A DNA stretch of 64,000 nucleotides from the IMG/VR virus record IMGVR_UViG_3300027801_002517, positions 64,001 through 128,000 of that record; one strand, written 5' to 3'. Positions 20,695 through 31,120 of the stretch are shown piece by piece. The position numbers and the translations under genes were made by a program. Source of the stretch: a virus. The notes under the pieces were generated by a model. The model was not told the origin of the DNA. It made no database searches and saw nothing but the letters and a program-made list of their open reading frames with translations. How positions within the stretch are numbered: position 1 is the stretch's first letter; each line of letters starts with the position of its first letter.

Positions 20695-21755
20695 AATAGA
20701 TCTCCAAAATCTACATCTTCTAAATCATTTTTACTCGCACCAATTTTATAGCTGGTAATTTCGTGTTCTTGTGGTGCCACCTGAACAGATTCACTTTTCA
20801 TCCAAGGATCTGTCCAACCAGCAACAGGATTCTTACCAACTTTTTCATATGGTAATCCTATCGCCTTCCTTCTTGACATACACAACCAATCAATATATTG
20901 ATGTAATACTACTTCATTTAAACCAATAATTGATCCGTCTTTGAATAGGTATGACGCCCATTCTTTTTCTTCTTGAGCAGCCCTATTAAACATTTCTACG
21001 GCAGCATCTTGGCACTGTTCCGCCACTTTAACAAACCCTTCACTCTCCTCCTTATGAAGAATTTTGAGTATTTCTTGGGTATTAGACAGGTGCAGAGCCT
21101 CATCTCTTTTAATAAGCTTAATAATATCAGCATTACCAACCATCTTTTTATTTTCTGCGAAGGCAAACGAACAGATGAAACTGACATAAAATCTTATAGC
21201 TTCAAGGATATTGATGCTTATAATCGTCATATAGATTTGTTTTTTAATATCCGCTGTTTTGCTATCAGCCATACCCATAAGATTATTATAATCTTCAATA
21301 GCACTGGATGCTCGTTTCATAATCTCGTTGTCGGTATAAATACCATCAAACACTTCCGTGGGATCTGCATAAACATTCTGAATAATATAAGAGTAGCTGA
21401 AACTATGAATCGACTCAAAAAACATCCATGTTATCAAACATTTCTCTAACTCAGTATTAGACACATATCCCAATAATGTGGGAACACCACGACAAATAAC
21501 ACTATCAAGCATAGTCTGATACTTAAGATTAGAAGTAAAGATAAACTTCTCGTTATCAGACATTTCTTTAAAATCAGACCTATCCTTCTTTAGTTCTATT
21601 TCCTTTGGTTGCCAGAAAAATTCCATCATCTTATTATCCAGATTAGTAAACACTGGATATTTAATCATATCAAATCTCTGAACACCCAAATCTTTACCTA
21701 AAAAGAGGGGTTGACTCAAAATATCTACCTTTTTAGTATTGAAGATAGTTTTCAT
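20691..21755 (-). CDS. nrdB: Ribonucleotide reductase class Ia beta subunit
   Basis: FFWQP, ESIHSFSYS, LEAIRFYVSF, RDEALH, VAPQE motifs. Confidence 0.93.
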   Translation of the reverse strand: MKTIFNTKKVDILSQPLFLGKDLGVQRFDMIKYPVFTNLDNKMMEFFWQPKEIELKKDRSDFKEMSDNEKFIFTSNLKYQTMLDSVICRGVPTLLGYVSNTELEKCLITWMFFESIHSFSYSYIIQNVYADPTEVFDGIYTDNEIMKRASSAIEDYNNLMGMADSKTADIKKQIYMTIISINILEAIRFYVSFICSFAFAENKKMVGNADIIKLIKRDEALHLSNTQEILKILHKEESEGFVKVAEQCQDAAVEMFNRAAQEEKEWASYLFKDGSIIGLNEVVLHQYIDWLCMSRRKAIGLPYEKVGKNPVAGWTDPWMKSESVQVAPQEHEITSYKIGASKNDLEDVDFGDLL

Positions 21756-23980
21756 ATTGCACAAGCCCCGCCTTCGCAGTTTAGATCTGCTTCAGTTTCG
21801 CCATCTCCATCTGGAGTATTCGCATAGTAGAAGTTCTTCAGCCCATACTTATAACCATAGATCTGATCTTTAATTAGGATGCTCAAGGGGATATTACCAT
21901 CCTCATAATGAGCATAATTGTAATAGAGATTTGTACTCATGCTCATATCTACAAACTTCTGAATAACAGCAGCAGTATTAAGCATAGCTTCATTATCCCG
22001 CATTTCCCAAGCTTTAGTATAATAATTCTTGCGATTATAATAATTTGGCACCAGTTGTTTCAAGATACCATTCTTTGCCTTCTTGTAAAGTAGAAGGTTT
22101 CTGACTGGCTCAATACCATTTGTACTGTTCTGAATAACACTGGATGATTCACAGGGCATAACTGCGGATAAGGTAGAATGCCTTAATCCAAATTCTTTAA
22201 CTCTGTTTCTTAAACCCTTCCAGTCCATATTATACTTAGGCTTAACCAATTTGTCAACCGACTTTTTATACCAATCAATCGGCAAAAGTCCCTTAGAGTA
22301 TTTAGTGTCTTCAAACTTCTCACATGGTCCCAGCTTCTCAGCAAGTTTACAAGATTCATTAATCAAATTCCACTGAATTTTCTCCATTGTCTCATGGATC
22401 AGTACTAATGCTTCAGGATCTCCATAGAACATCTTATTCTTTGCCAAAAATCCTGCAAGGTTTGTGATACCAATACCCAAAGATCTTCTGTTCTTGGTAA
22501 AGTTTTCACCAGCCAACACAGGATAATCTTGATAATCGATAATTGCCTCAAGGGTATTAACAGCAACTTCGCAAGTCTTTTGAATATCTTCATCTGAATT
22601 TAGTTCAAGGAGATTTAAAGCAGATAAAATACAGATACCAATTTCACCGTCTGGATCATTGATATCTTTGATTGGCACAGTGGGATGAATAATCTCTTGA
22701 CATAGATTTGACATCTTAACAGGAATATCCCACGACCCGTGTTCATTGGCTGTATCGATATTCATAGAGTAAATACGTCCAGTCTCAAGCCGCTCTCTTG
22801 CGAATACCTCCGCGAGCTTCCTTGCTGAGATTTTCTTCTTAAACTTAATACTACGAGCATTCTCGTATTTCTTATATAGCTCTTCAAACTTTTCATTATC
22901 ACCAAAGGCTTCATACAAGCCTTTAGTCTCATGAGGATTAAATAATGTAATCTCTTCATTAGCTATAAGGCGTTCATAGAACAGTTTGCAAAATTGAACT
23001 GAGTAATCCAGCTTTCTAACTCTATTATCATCTGTGCCAGCATTGTTCTTGAGAACAAGGACATCTTCTATTTCATAGTGCCAAAAGGGTACATGTACTG
23101 TAGCAGATCCTCCCCTGATGCCGTTCTGGCTCGTTGACTTAACAGCCGACTCAAAGTTCTTTAGATATGGAATGATGCCTGTGTGAATGACCTCGCCGCC
23201 TCTGATAGGGGCGTTGATGGGTCTGATACGTCCCATATTCAAACCAATACCAGCACGTCTAGCAGTATACTTACCAACAGCGTGTACTGATGCAAAAATA
23301 CTGTCAAGATCATCATCGACATCTACCAAGACACATGAAGCAAATTGCTTAATAGTGGTTCTAACGCCAGCCATAATCGGTGTAGGTAAATTAATCTTAA
23401 ATGTAGAGTATGCATCGTAGGCTTTTTTAACTTCAGCAACATCATCAAACAGACACATAGCGATAAGCATATATGCAAACTGTGGAGTTTCAAATATTTC
23501 CCCAGTTGATCTATTCTTAACAAGATACTTATCTATTAATTGCTGTAATCCAGCATAAGTAAATAAATCATCTCGTGAATGATTGATATAGGATTCAAAT
23601 TTTTCTATATCTTCTTTATACCATTTTTCTAAAATAGCTGGATCATAAACGCCGTTATCAACTCTTATAGCAATGAAATCAAAAAATTCTGGAGGTTTCT
23701 TACCACTAGCCCAAACATCTTTCCTAAGCTGCATATTTAACAATCGGGAAGCACAATACTGATAATTTGGGGCTGATTCTGAAATTAGATCATTAGCAGA
23801 TTTAATTAGGATTTGTTGTATCTCTGAAGTAGGTATACCATCATACAGAGATAGATTAGCATTCATCTCAATATCAGAAAGAGATACACCATTTAGATCC
23901 TCCGTTGCCCATTGTACAACTTGGTGAATTTTTTCGACATTATAGTCTTCCGATTGACCATTCCGTTTAGTTACACGCAT
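21752..23980 (-). CDS. nrdA: Ribonucleotide reductase class Ia alpha subunit with ATP cone
   Basis: VTKRNG ATP cone, ETPQ, QFASCVL, SNLCQEI, C-terminal CEGGACAI; no intein seen. Confidence 0.95.
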   Translation of the reverse strand: MRVTKRNGQSEDYNVEKIHQVVQWATEDLNGVSLSDIEMNANLSLYDGIPTSEIQQILIKSANDLISESAPNYQYCASRLLNMQLRKDVWASGKKPPEFFDFIAIRVDNGVYDPAILEKWYKEDIEKFESYINHSRDDLFTYAGLQQLIDKYLVKNRSTGEIFETPQFAYMLIAMCLFDDVAEVKKAYDAYSTFKINLPTPIMAGVRTTIKQFASCVLVDVDDDLDSIFASVHAVGKYTARRAGIGLNMGRIRPINAPIRGGEVIHTGIIPYLKNFESAVKSTSQNGIRGGSATVHVPFWHYEIEDVLVLKNNAGTDDNRVRKLDYSVQFCKLFYERLIANEEITLFNPHETKGLYEAFGDNEKFEELYKKYENARSIKFKKKISARKLAEVFARERLETGRIYSMNIDTANEHGSWDIPVKMSNLCQEIIHPTVPIKDINDPDGEIGICILSALNLLELNSDEDIQKTCEVAVNTLEAIIDYQDYPVLAGENFTKNRRSLGIGITNLAGFLAKNKMFYGDPEALVLIHETMEKIQWNLINESCKLAEKLGPCEKFEDTKYSKGLLPIDWYKKSVDKLVKPKYNMDWKGLRNRVKEFGLRHSTLSAVMPCESSSVIQNSTNGIEPVRNLLLYKKAKNGILKQLVPNYYNRKNYYTKAWEMRDNEAMLNTAAVIQKFVDMSMSTNLYYNYAHYEDGNIPLSILIKDQIYGYKYGLKNFYYANTPDGDGETEADLNCEGGACAI

Positions 23981-24013
23981 TTCTGAATTATTCCTTATAC
24001 ATCAAAAGATAAA

Positions 24014-24043
24014 TATAGCCACCAATTTACAAAGGTGGCTATA
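24014..24043. terminator. Hairpin between the membrane-protein cluster and nrdA
   Basis: TATAGCCACC...GGTGGCTATA perfect 10-bp stem. Confidence 0.5.
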
Positions 24044-24292
24044 AATTCAACTATCTAACAATTTTTACTTGTACATTTTTACCAACATTTACATAAACAA
24101 CATCTTTACCATCTTCCTTGGTAAATTCGAGCATATCAATTACTTCTCGTGCTTTATCAATATGAGACTGTTCAAGGTTAACCTTCTTCAATGCTTTCTT
24201 AATTAGCGTATCAGTAATATCAATATCAAATAGCCCACCATACTCACCACTTTCATTACCACTAATTACAACATCTTCTTGCTTAAAATCAC

Positions 24293-24796
24293 TCATTGAT
24301 TAAAACTCCAAGCTATAGCGTCTAAAACATTAACTAAACTAGTTCTTGCTTCTGGTGTAAAATCTGCATTTTCTTTACCAAGGGTCGCTATAATAATTTC
24401 ATCTATTGATTCACCAAGATTAGTATATTTATCTTTTAAGTCAAGTCCAGTAAAGTTTAATTGTCCTGCAATTGAATTAAAATTCTTAAATTGTCCTGTT
24501 GTTTGGATCAATCCCGGCTCCGTCTCGACTACATCTGACAATGTATAAAAATAATCTCTCAGTTGAGTTTTATCCTTTTTATTGATATCTAATAGTATCA
24601 GTTCTTCAACTAATGTCTTATTTGTTAATGATGGCTCAACAACTTCTGGTTTATTATCTACTGGCGTTATTTCTGTACTCTGTAATGCTTCAATAATCGG
24701 TTGACCAACAAGAGACACAAACACCAAAACTACAACAATAATAATCTTTGAGGTTTTATCGTTCCAAATTTCTAATATTTTATCACTATTTATCAT
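24293..24796 (-). CDS. Membrane-anchored protein
   Basis: N-terminal TM (IIIVVVLVFVSLVG) followed by a soluble domain. Confidence 0.55.
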   Translation of the reverse strand: MINSDKILEIWNDKTSKIIIVVVLVFVSLVGQPIIEALQSTEITPVDNKPEVVEPSLTNKTLVEELILLDINKKDKTQLRDYFYTLSDVVETEPGLIQTTGQFKNFNSIAGQLNFTGLDLKDKYTNLGESIDEIIIATLGKENADFTPEARTSLVNVLDAIAWSFNQ

Positions 24797-25134
24797 ACTA
24801 CAACGTCCTTTCTATCAATATCAACGTCAGATTCATCTTCTTTGGATATTTGATCCGTATGATCACCTCGATCAGAAATAATCAATAGTGGAAAAATTGC
24901 ATCTACTTTATTAGAGGCTTCAGTAAGTCCGGCATCTACACATTCTTTTTTAAAGGATGACCACGCAGATACAATACGAATAATATCTTCATCATAAAAG
25001 GTGGCTTGCGGTTTAGCGTTTGATCTTAGTTTTGGCTTTGTGACATCACCATTAAAAAATATGCTAATTAAAACGGCAGCAGCTACACCAAGTAAAACTA
25101 ATTGCCATACTTCAATTCCCAATTGATCTATCAT
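24793..25134 (-). CDS. Membrane-anchored protein
   Basis: N-terminal TM (LVLLGVAAAVLISIFF). Confidence 0.55.
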   Translation of the reverse strand: MIDQLGIEVWQLVLLGVAAAVLISIFFNGDVTKPKLRSNAKPQATFYDEDIIRIVSAWSSFKKECVDAGLTEASNKVDAIFPLLIISDRGDHTDQISKEDESDVDIDRKDVVV

Positions 25135-25559
25135 TGTTCATCTCCTGTAAATAGTCCATGACGTTTATAAATACCAAGTATGTTCTCTATGTCTCCTGCA
25201 CTCATATTATTTGACTGATCTACTATAGACGAATAAAGATCTTTTTGTATCTTAGACTTTGAAGGCATAGTACTATGAGTCCGATAGTATGCAAAGTTTT
25301 TTCTAATGTCTCTTTTAATAAAGAAACGCTGTAAAAGACCCGGTTTTTGTATAGAGGACAAAGCTCTCTCCGCATTACTACTGTAGCATACATATATTAG
25401 TCTTATAACGCTGATTATGCAGTTGCAAATTGCAACAATGGTTATAATATCAAAAAAATAAATATCTTTACCATGCATCTTGTCTACTACTTCGTCGGCA
25501 ATTTTTCTTACATCAGGATGTAAATTATCTAAATTATCCCGTGTTACATACTTAGTCAT
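25131..25559 (-). CDS. Hypothetical protein with a central hydrophobic segment
   Basis: FFDIITIVAICNCIISVIRLIYVCY. Confidence 0.5.
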   Translation of the reverse strand: MTKYVTRDNLDNLHPDVRKIADEVVDKMHGKDIYFFDIITIVAICNCIISVIRLIYVCYSSNAERALSSIQKPGLLQRFFIKRDIRKNFAYYRTHSTMPSKSKIQKDLYSSIVDQSNNMSAGDIENILGIYKRHGLFTGDEQ

Positions 25560-26259
25560 TCGTATTATCCTTTATCTTTTTTAATAAGATATTTTTACCA
25601 ACATATCCTGTATAGTGAACTAATTTTTTAGTAGTATCTTTTTTTACCAGTATTGTTTGTGGAAGTGTTCTTACCCTGTATTTATTGAAAAGTTCTCTAT
25701 GATCTTTAGTATCCCAATCAAGCTTGGTAAGTTTGATATTACGATCTTTCAATAGTTCATACAATTCATTATTCTTTTTATTCCAAACATTTGCTTTCAT
25801 TTGCCTACATGGGCCACACCAAGTAGCCCCAAAGTAATACAAATGATAATCAACTTCTGCCTTCTTTTCAACTGTATTAGATATCAGTTGAATTTTTCCA
25901 TCGACCCCTGTGGTTGGGGGAGTACAAGCTTGCCCGCTACGACATTGACAATTACCTCCACACTTACCAGTACAAGTATCTTTTGTGCATCCAGTTTCTT
26001 CATTCTTCCCATGATGAGGACATTTAGTTTCATGTCCATCGCCTTGTTTGATTATACCAGTACCTTTACAGATACATTTATCTGCATCTGGATGTGGACC
26101 TTCTGGTTCTGGTATAGGTTTTGGTGTAGGCTTCGGTGTATTATCTACACCATCAGTCACTAAAACCTTAGCAATATCTACTGATATTTTAGGTCTATAA
26201 TTCGTCTCTGTACCTAATACCATAACAATCATTGTCGCGGCAAGCAATCCAAACTTCAT
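25552..26259 (-). CDS. Exported thioredoxin-domain protein with Pro-rich and Cys-rich linker
   Basis: Signal peptide, PKPTPKPIPEP, Cys cluster, YYFGATWCGPC active site and cis-Pro loop (TLPQT). Confidence 0.8.
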   Translation of the reverse strand: MKFGLLAATMIVMVLGTETNYRPKISVDIAKVLVTDGVDNTPKPTPKPIPEPEGPHPDADKCICKGTGIIKQGDGHETKCPHHGKNEETGCTKDTCTGKCGGNCQCRSGQACTPPTTGVDGKIQLISNTVEKKAEVDYHLYYFGATWCGPCRQMKANVWNKKNNELYELLKDRNIKLTKLDWDTKDHRELFNKYRVRTLPQTILVKKDTTKKLVHYTGYVGKNILLKKIKDNTND

Positions 26260-26268
26260 TTCTTTCTC

Positions 26269-27198
26269 CTATAGAAAATCTATCATACCGTAATCTGGTA
26301 ACTCTCTAGCAGGAAAACCCTGTACGTCACTAAATACCCAAGAACCACGACCAGCCAACATAGCTCGTGCATCGCTTTCACGAATCCAAAAACTACCATC
26401 TGGTTGTCCATGTGTCTTAGGACCAGAATTCCATCGTCCCCAGCTATTTTGCACTAAGAACAATGTTTCTCTATGTACTTTTCTAGTGTCGTCGCAAGCA
26501 ATCCAAGCCATAGCATGGCTCCATCCTTTACCACGTTTAGCAATTCCATTCACATCTCTTCTTGAGCTAAAACCATAACCACTACAAACAGATATACCAT
26601 ACCCATTAGCTAAAGCATCTCTTGCTTCTTCTATTGTTGTAACCATAGAGACGGTTTTAACTCGATGCTTATTTGCTTCATCGACATATATCTGCATGGG
26701 AATTAAGTGATTTGCACCAATTTTAGAATTATATACAGATAAATCTATTGATCCATAATCTTTTCTAAGGAGAATACCACCTTTTTGGTGTGCATATCTT
26801 GCGGCAATTGAACAAGACATTCCTTGACGTTTATGTCCACGAGATTGATATATGCCTTCTGTAGCACTTCTGGTCAAAAAACTCTCTGGTTCTTTTTTTA
26901 CGTCAATCTCAACAGCCCGTGTGAGATCAATTGCATTTCTTGTAGAATGAGAAACACAATCACCAGTAGTTTGACGCTCCGATGGACCAAACCCTTTATC
27001 GAATTTCAGCAAAGACTTATAAGGTAGTGAGAGCTTCCCTTCTCCACTACCATATAAACTATATGCCGCTGCACCAAATAAAGGGGTTTTTAACTTACCT
27101 AAAAGATCAGCAACATCTTCGTCATCACATATTGTTCCAACGAATCCGTCCTGATAGGTTTTTAGGGTTTTGCGTGGTGTGGTAAAATCTTCAGTCAT
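26269..27198 (-). CDS. Papain-like (C1) cysteine peptidase
   Basis: Oxyanion Q and catalytic C (QTTGDCVSH), His (WSHAM), Asn (QNSWG). Confidence 0.8.
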   Translation of the reverse strand: MTEDFTTPRKTLKTYQDGFVGTICDDEDVADLLGKLKTPLFGAAAYSLYGSGEGKLSLPYKSLLKFDKGFGPSERQTTGDCVSHSTRNAIDLTRAVEIDVKKEPESFLTRSATEGIYQSRGHKRQGMSCSIAARYAHQKGGILLRKDYGSIDLSVYNSKIGANHLIPMQIYVDEANKHRVKTVSMVTTIEEARDALANGYGISVCSGYGFSSRRDVNGIAKRGKGWSHAMAWIACDDTRKVHRETLFLVQNSWGRWNSGPKTHGQPDGSFWIRESDARAMLAGRGSWVFSDVQGFPARELPDYGMIDFL

Positions 27199-27199
27199 A

Positions 27200-27406
27200 T
27201 TACTTCGTATTATCTCTAATCCAAGTAATTAGTGACTGTAGACCAACAGTGACCACAGGTACTATTAGTGGACCAAAAGCACCAAGATCGATATTAATCA
27301 AATTCTCGGACACAAAGGCTAATCCAGCAGCCGCACCTACAAGTAAACCTGTTTTCAATACTAAAATAACTTCAGCACCATTTAACTTAAAACTTTCAGA
27401 ACCCAT
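27200..27406 (-). CDS. Two-TM small protein, holin-like
   Basis: 68 aa, two hydrophobic helices, short charged C-terminus. Confidence 0.45.
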   Translation of the reverse strand: MGSESFKLNGAEVILVLKTGLLVGAAAGLAFVSENLINIDLGAFGPLIVPVVTVGLQSLITWIRDNTK

Positions 27407-27419
27407 AATTAGACCTTTC

Positions 27420-27770
27420 TTAATTTAGTAAAACAACAACCTTGTCACTAAGTGACTTTAAATCTTCTCTAGCTTGTTCATGACCCTCCATTAATCCCTC
27501 TAATCTACCGACTTTCTCACTCATTGAGACCGCCCACATGTCACGGTCAACATGTCTATCTTCACATTCTTGTAATTTTTTACTGACTCTTTTTTCAGTA
27601 CTCACCATTTGCCGGTGCATTGATTTCCATAACACGGTTATAGCAGCAGCTAAACCACCAATAATTGGTGTACAAAGTTTTAAAATGAATTCGATATTTA
27701 ACTGAAAATCAGAAGACATAAAAACTCCAATCGTCAAACAGTCATATGCAATAAAAAGCCTCACCCCCAT
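27420..27770 (-). CDS. Single-TM coiled-coil protein (holin/spanin-like); likely start at MSSDF
   Basis: TM PIIGGLAAAITVLW followed by a heptad-rich helix. Confidence 0.4.
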   Translation of the reverse strand: MGVRLFIAYDCLTIGVFMSSDFQLNIEFILKLCTPIIGGLAAAITVLWKSMHRQMVSTEKRVSKKLQECEDRHVDRDMWAVSMSEKVGRLEGLMEGHEQAREDLKSLSDKVVVLLN

Positions 27771-27784
27771 ATGAGGATGAGGCT
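27753..27784 (-). terminator. Rho-independent terminator
   Basis: AGCCTCA...TGAGGCT stem followed by a U-tract on the minus strand. Confidence 0.6.
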
Positions 27785-27813
27785 GCTTAATCCTTTAAGC
27801 TACAAGAATCCTA

Positions 27814-28467
27814 TCAGGATTCAAATGTATCTTTAGCCTTATATTCATCTGTTGTAGGTGCCGCCAAACCACCGAAGTGGTATGTAAGTTCACCCGGAAC
27901 AGATCTGGATGTAGAAGCAGCATTATCAATTGCCGCGTGACCACCCGTTCCAGAAGGAGCTACATAATTTACAACAGTACCAGCACCAGCACCCTTGGTA
28001 AAGTTAGGTGTAATTTGAGTGCTTGGTACAGCATAGATATCGAATGTACCACCACCCGTACCAAGTTGTCGAGTAGTTATCAGTTCATGAACACCGTCAC
28101 GAACAACACCCTTCCAGTCTGCTGCCGTCGTATCGAGTGCGGTAGTAGCTACATTAGATAATGTACTTGTAACTCCTCCACCTCTCATTATCCACTGAGT
28201 AGCAGTAGATTCATAAGCTAATGTACCACCACTAAGTGCTTTAGCAACACCTACTCTATCAGTTGTTGCAGCACCAGTACCGTCATTAGCTACTACTTTA
28301 GAACCCACATCTCTTAAATCATCAACAGTACCAACGATTGTTACTGCATTACTAATTGGACCCGTGGTAGTATCAGCATTACCAGCCTGAAAAATAGAAC
28401 CACCATCTTTAACTTCACCAGTGCCAACTGCGACATCACCAGCACCCGAGGGTCTTACTGTAGACAT
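27814..28467 (-). CDS. Gly/Ala/Thr-rich protein, probably structural
   Basis: Composition typical of virion proteins; has its own upstream TATAAT and downstream terminator. Confidence 0.45.
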   Translation of the reverse strand: MSTVRPSGAGDVAVGTGEVKDGGSIFQAGNADTTTGPISNAVTIVGTVDDLRDVGSKVVANDGTGAATTDRVGVAKALSGGTLAYESTATQWIMRGGGVTSTLSNVATTALDTTAADWKGVVRDGVHELITTRQLGTGGGTFDIYAVPSTQITPNFTKGAGAGTVVNYVAPSGTGGHAAIDNAASTSRSVPGELTYHFGGLAAPTTDEYKAKDTFES

Positions 28468-28548
28468 TTTGCGTCTCCTTCATAAAATAAAACAAAATAA
28501 ACAATAAACAAAATCCAGATCCGCAAAAAAGTCCAATAGTCCAATCTA

Positions 28549-29064
28549 TTATACACTCTCGACCAAATTTCTCTTCATTATTTTCAGGTTTTTATTAATT
28601 TTTCTCCTAACTAATTCTCTGGAAATATTATTAGTTTTTGCAATCTCTTTGATCGTCATATTATTGTAAAACCTATCAAAAATTATTGATGGATCTTCAC
28701 AATTATTGATTTCATCTAACATATCGACTCTATCATTATATGGATCATATGATTTGTTATGTTTTACAGATCCTCTTAAACCCGAGAATACTCTTTTCTC
28801 GCTTGATCTCTTAAAACTCATACATTCCATAACGACGCCTCGATAAAGATAACTAGAAAATTTACAGTTGTTTAATTCTGCATCATATTTATCGTATGCC
28901 CTCCATATAGCATGGTAAATACAATTTTCTATTTCATCTTCAGTTAAAGAATAACGAAAAGAAGATGCTGCTGCTTTTGTTAATCTTGAAATTTCCTCAT
29001 CCTGTATCAATGTCTTAATCCTATCATCAATCATTATATTATCCTTATATAAAACTTTCTTCAA
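28549..29064 (-). CDS. Phage RNA polymerase sigma factor (sigma70 regions 2 and 4)
   Basis: AIWRAYDKYD...CKFSSYLYRGV region 2; MTIKEIAKTNNISRELVRR region 4 HTH. Confidence 0.75.
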   Translation of the reverse strand: MKKVLYKDNIMIDDRIKTLIQDEEISRLTKAAASSFRYSLTEDEIENCIYHAIWRAYDKYDAELNNCKFSSYLYRGVVMECMSFKRSSEKRVFSGLRGSVKHNKSYDPYNDRVDMLDEINNCEDPSIIFDRFYNNMTIKEIAKTNNISRELVRRKINKNLKIMKRNLVESV

Positions 29065-29473
29065 TTTCTTTTCTTACATTAGAAAAGTCAAACATTCTAC
29101 CAACCCCAATAAAAAATCTATACCTACTACAAATTTTTAATACTTCAACCCCTCTTATATTTTCTAATCTATCTTTAAGTGATTTAGTAATATTGAAATT
29201 AGTATGTCCCAACCAACAGTCAAAATTCGTTATCATTTGTATCTCATTAGATAAATCCTCTGGCATTGCTGAAAATGCAGATGACATATCTGATTCTTGG
29301 TATTCTTCTTGTCCTTTCTCATATTCAAGAGGGTAATCTATTTCTTTATTTATAGAGATGGGCTTCAATATTGAAGCAGCTATCATGTCTATTAAAGGCG
29401 AATTTATTTGTTTCTCTAAAAGATCCTCATATTTTTGCCAACCAATTTTATTTTTTTTAGACATAATAATCAC
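29045..29473 (-). CDS. Hypothetical protein
   Basis: Coupled ORF. Confidence 0.5.
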   Translation of the reverse strand: MIIMSKKNKIGWQKYEDLLEKQINSPLIDMIAASILKPISINKEIDYPLEYEKGQEEYQESDMSSAFSAMPEDLSNEIQMITNFDCWLGHTNFNITKSLKDRLENIRGVEVLKICSRYRFFIGVGRMFDFSNVRKEIEESFI

Positions 29474-29476
29474 CTT

Positions 29477-29863
29477 TCATGGTAACATTTCAGAAGGATT
29501 TATGTATGGAGTACTATCTGCCTCCTTTCTATCTGTAAGCTCTTGAGCTTCATTTGTTTTGAGATCTATGTATAATTGTATAAAATCATCGTGTAACTGT
29601 TTTAGATCTTGATCTAACAAATTACTTTGAATTAATTCTAAAGTATCCATTTGACCACGAAAAGAACTAACATAATTAATCAATGTGGCTAATTCAACAG
29701 CTTCAAATGGTCTATTTGAATTTTCTAAATCAATAAATAAAGTACCTTGTGTAGTCAGTAGAAAATTAATATTAATTAGAGGTTTACCGTCTTCTGTATT
29801 CTCTTCTATTTGTTCTTCAGACTTTGTGTTATAATTAAAATAATTTTTTATAAATTTAAACAT
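29477..29863 (-). CDS. Hypothetical protein
   Basis: Coupled ORF. Confidence 0.5.
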   Translation of the reverse strand: MFKFIKNYFNYNTKSEEQIEENTEDGKPLININFLLTTQGTLFIDLENSNRPFEAVELATLINYVSSFRGQMDTLELIQSNLLDQDLKQLHDDFIQLYIDLKTNEAQELTDRKEADSTPYINPSEMLP

Positions 29864-30899
29864 ACTTTATAATTTCTTGTGTTGTGTGTGACCAAGTGAA
29901 TTTTTTAGAAGTTTCTATACCCGTTTGATTAAATGTGCGATGATCAGACAACGCAAAATCTTGCATGTATTTAGATAATATCTGTATGGTTGAATCTTCT
30001 ATCTTACCCCAATTACCTTGACCAAAGAACCATTTATCATCAAATGCAGGCTCCATACTACTTATCGGGATTAAATCAGAGTTTTCTTTAGTACAAAATT
30101 CAGTATGAGCTGAATAATCTGTAGTTATAATATGCTTTCCACATGCCATCAACTCCAATACCTCTAAATTCCATCCTTCTGCCCTAGATGGAAAGACTCC
30201 ACAATCCACTTCAGCCATAATATTATACACATCTACCTGCGTATTAACCCTTGGTATAAGTTTAACATTAGGGCGATCATATAGATTTCTCCAATAATTC
30301 GCCTCATTAAGAGAATTAAAAGGATTCTCACACATCATCCATAATTCAACATTATCTTGATCTATCATATCCCAAGCTTTGATTAGGATATCATGACCCT
30401 TACGAACTTCCCATTTACCACAGTTAAAGAAGATAGTTTTACTTCTATACTGATCTACTTTGGTTGGGACAAATATATCTAAATCTACACCAAGTGGAGC
30501 TACACTGACTGGCACAGTGATACCATTCTGCTCCACAATTTCTTTAGCCCACTCTGAACATACTATAAGATGATCAACTGAATTTAATTCATTAACTTCT
30601 TGATCTGTAAATGTATCCAACTCAAAAATTGGGAATCCAAATGTTTTACCAGTGAGAGCTTCAGGTATTCTCATATCATGCTGGTGCCAGATCTTTAAGA
30701 CGGGAGCATCCTCAAAACCTGATTTATTCATATTGTTAGCAAGTTTTTTACATACCTCAAAATCCCCAAGATTACTACACTGAATTTCTCCAATAGGCCA
30801 CAATGCTACATCAGCAATTTTATTAAATTCTTTTACAATATTTAATGAAGCAATGCCGTATCCTAATTGATTGATAGGCCCGATGATATTTATCTTCAT
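29856..30899 (-). CDS. Glycosyltransferase, GT4-like
   Basis: LGYG, RKGHD, FPSRAEGWNLEVLELMACGK motif. Confidence 0.85.
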   Translation of the reverse strand: MKINIIGPINQLGYGIASLNIVKEFNKIADVALWPIGEIQCSNLGDFEVCKKLANNMNKSGFEDAPVLKIWHQHDMRIPEALTGKTFGFPIFELDTFTDQEVNELNSVDHLIVCSEWAKEIVEQNGITVPVSVAPLGVDLDIFVPTKVDQYRSKTIFFNCGKWEVRKGHDILIKAWDMIDQDNVELWMMCENPFNSLNEANYWRNLYDRPNVKLIPRVNTQVDVYNIMAEVDCGVFPSRAEGWNLEVLELMACGKHIITTDYSAHTEFCTKENSDLIPISSMEPAFDDKWFFGQGNWGKIEDSTIQILSKYMQDFALSDHRTFNQTGIETSKKFTWSHTTQEIIKYV

Positions 30900-31120
30900 A
30901 TATCATTTCCTTATTCGCGTGGCACATCATGACTATAAAATAGCTTATGTCTTTGTGTACCATCAGTCTTACTAATTATTCTATCGTCTAAATATCCTTC
31001 TTGGATCAATTTTTTTGCAATAGTACTCTCAATTTCAGTTAAATCTTCTAAATCTTTTTTATTAAACTGTAAGGCAATCCATTCTGTTGTTGTATACCAA
31101 GTTAACATAAATAATCCCCT

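Noticed and set aside
4457-23980. Inteins or introns in dnaE, dnaB, recA and nrdAB
   Set aside because: Protein lengths are normal, and no splicing or LAGLIDADG motifs were seen.
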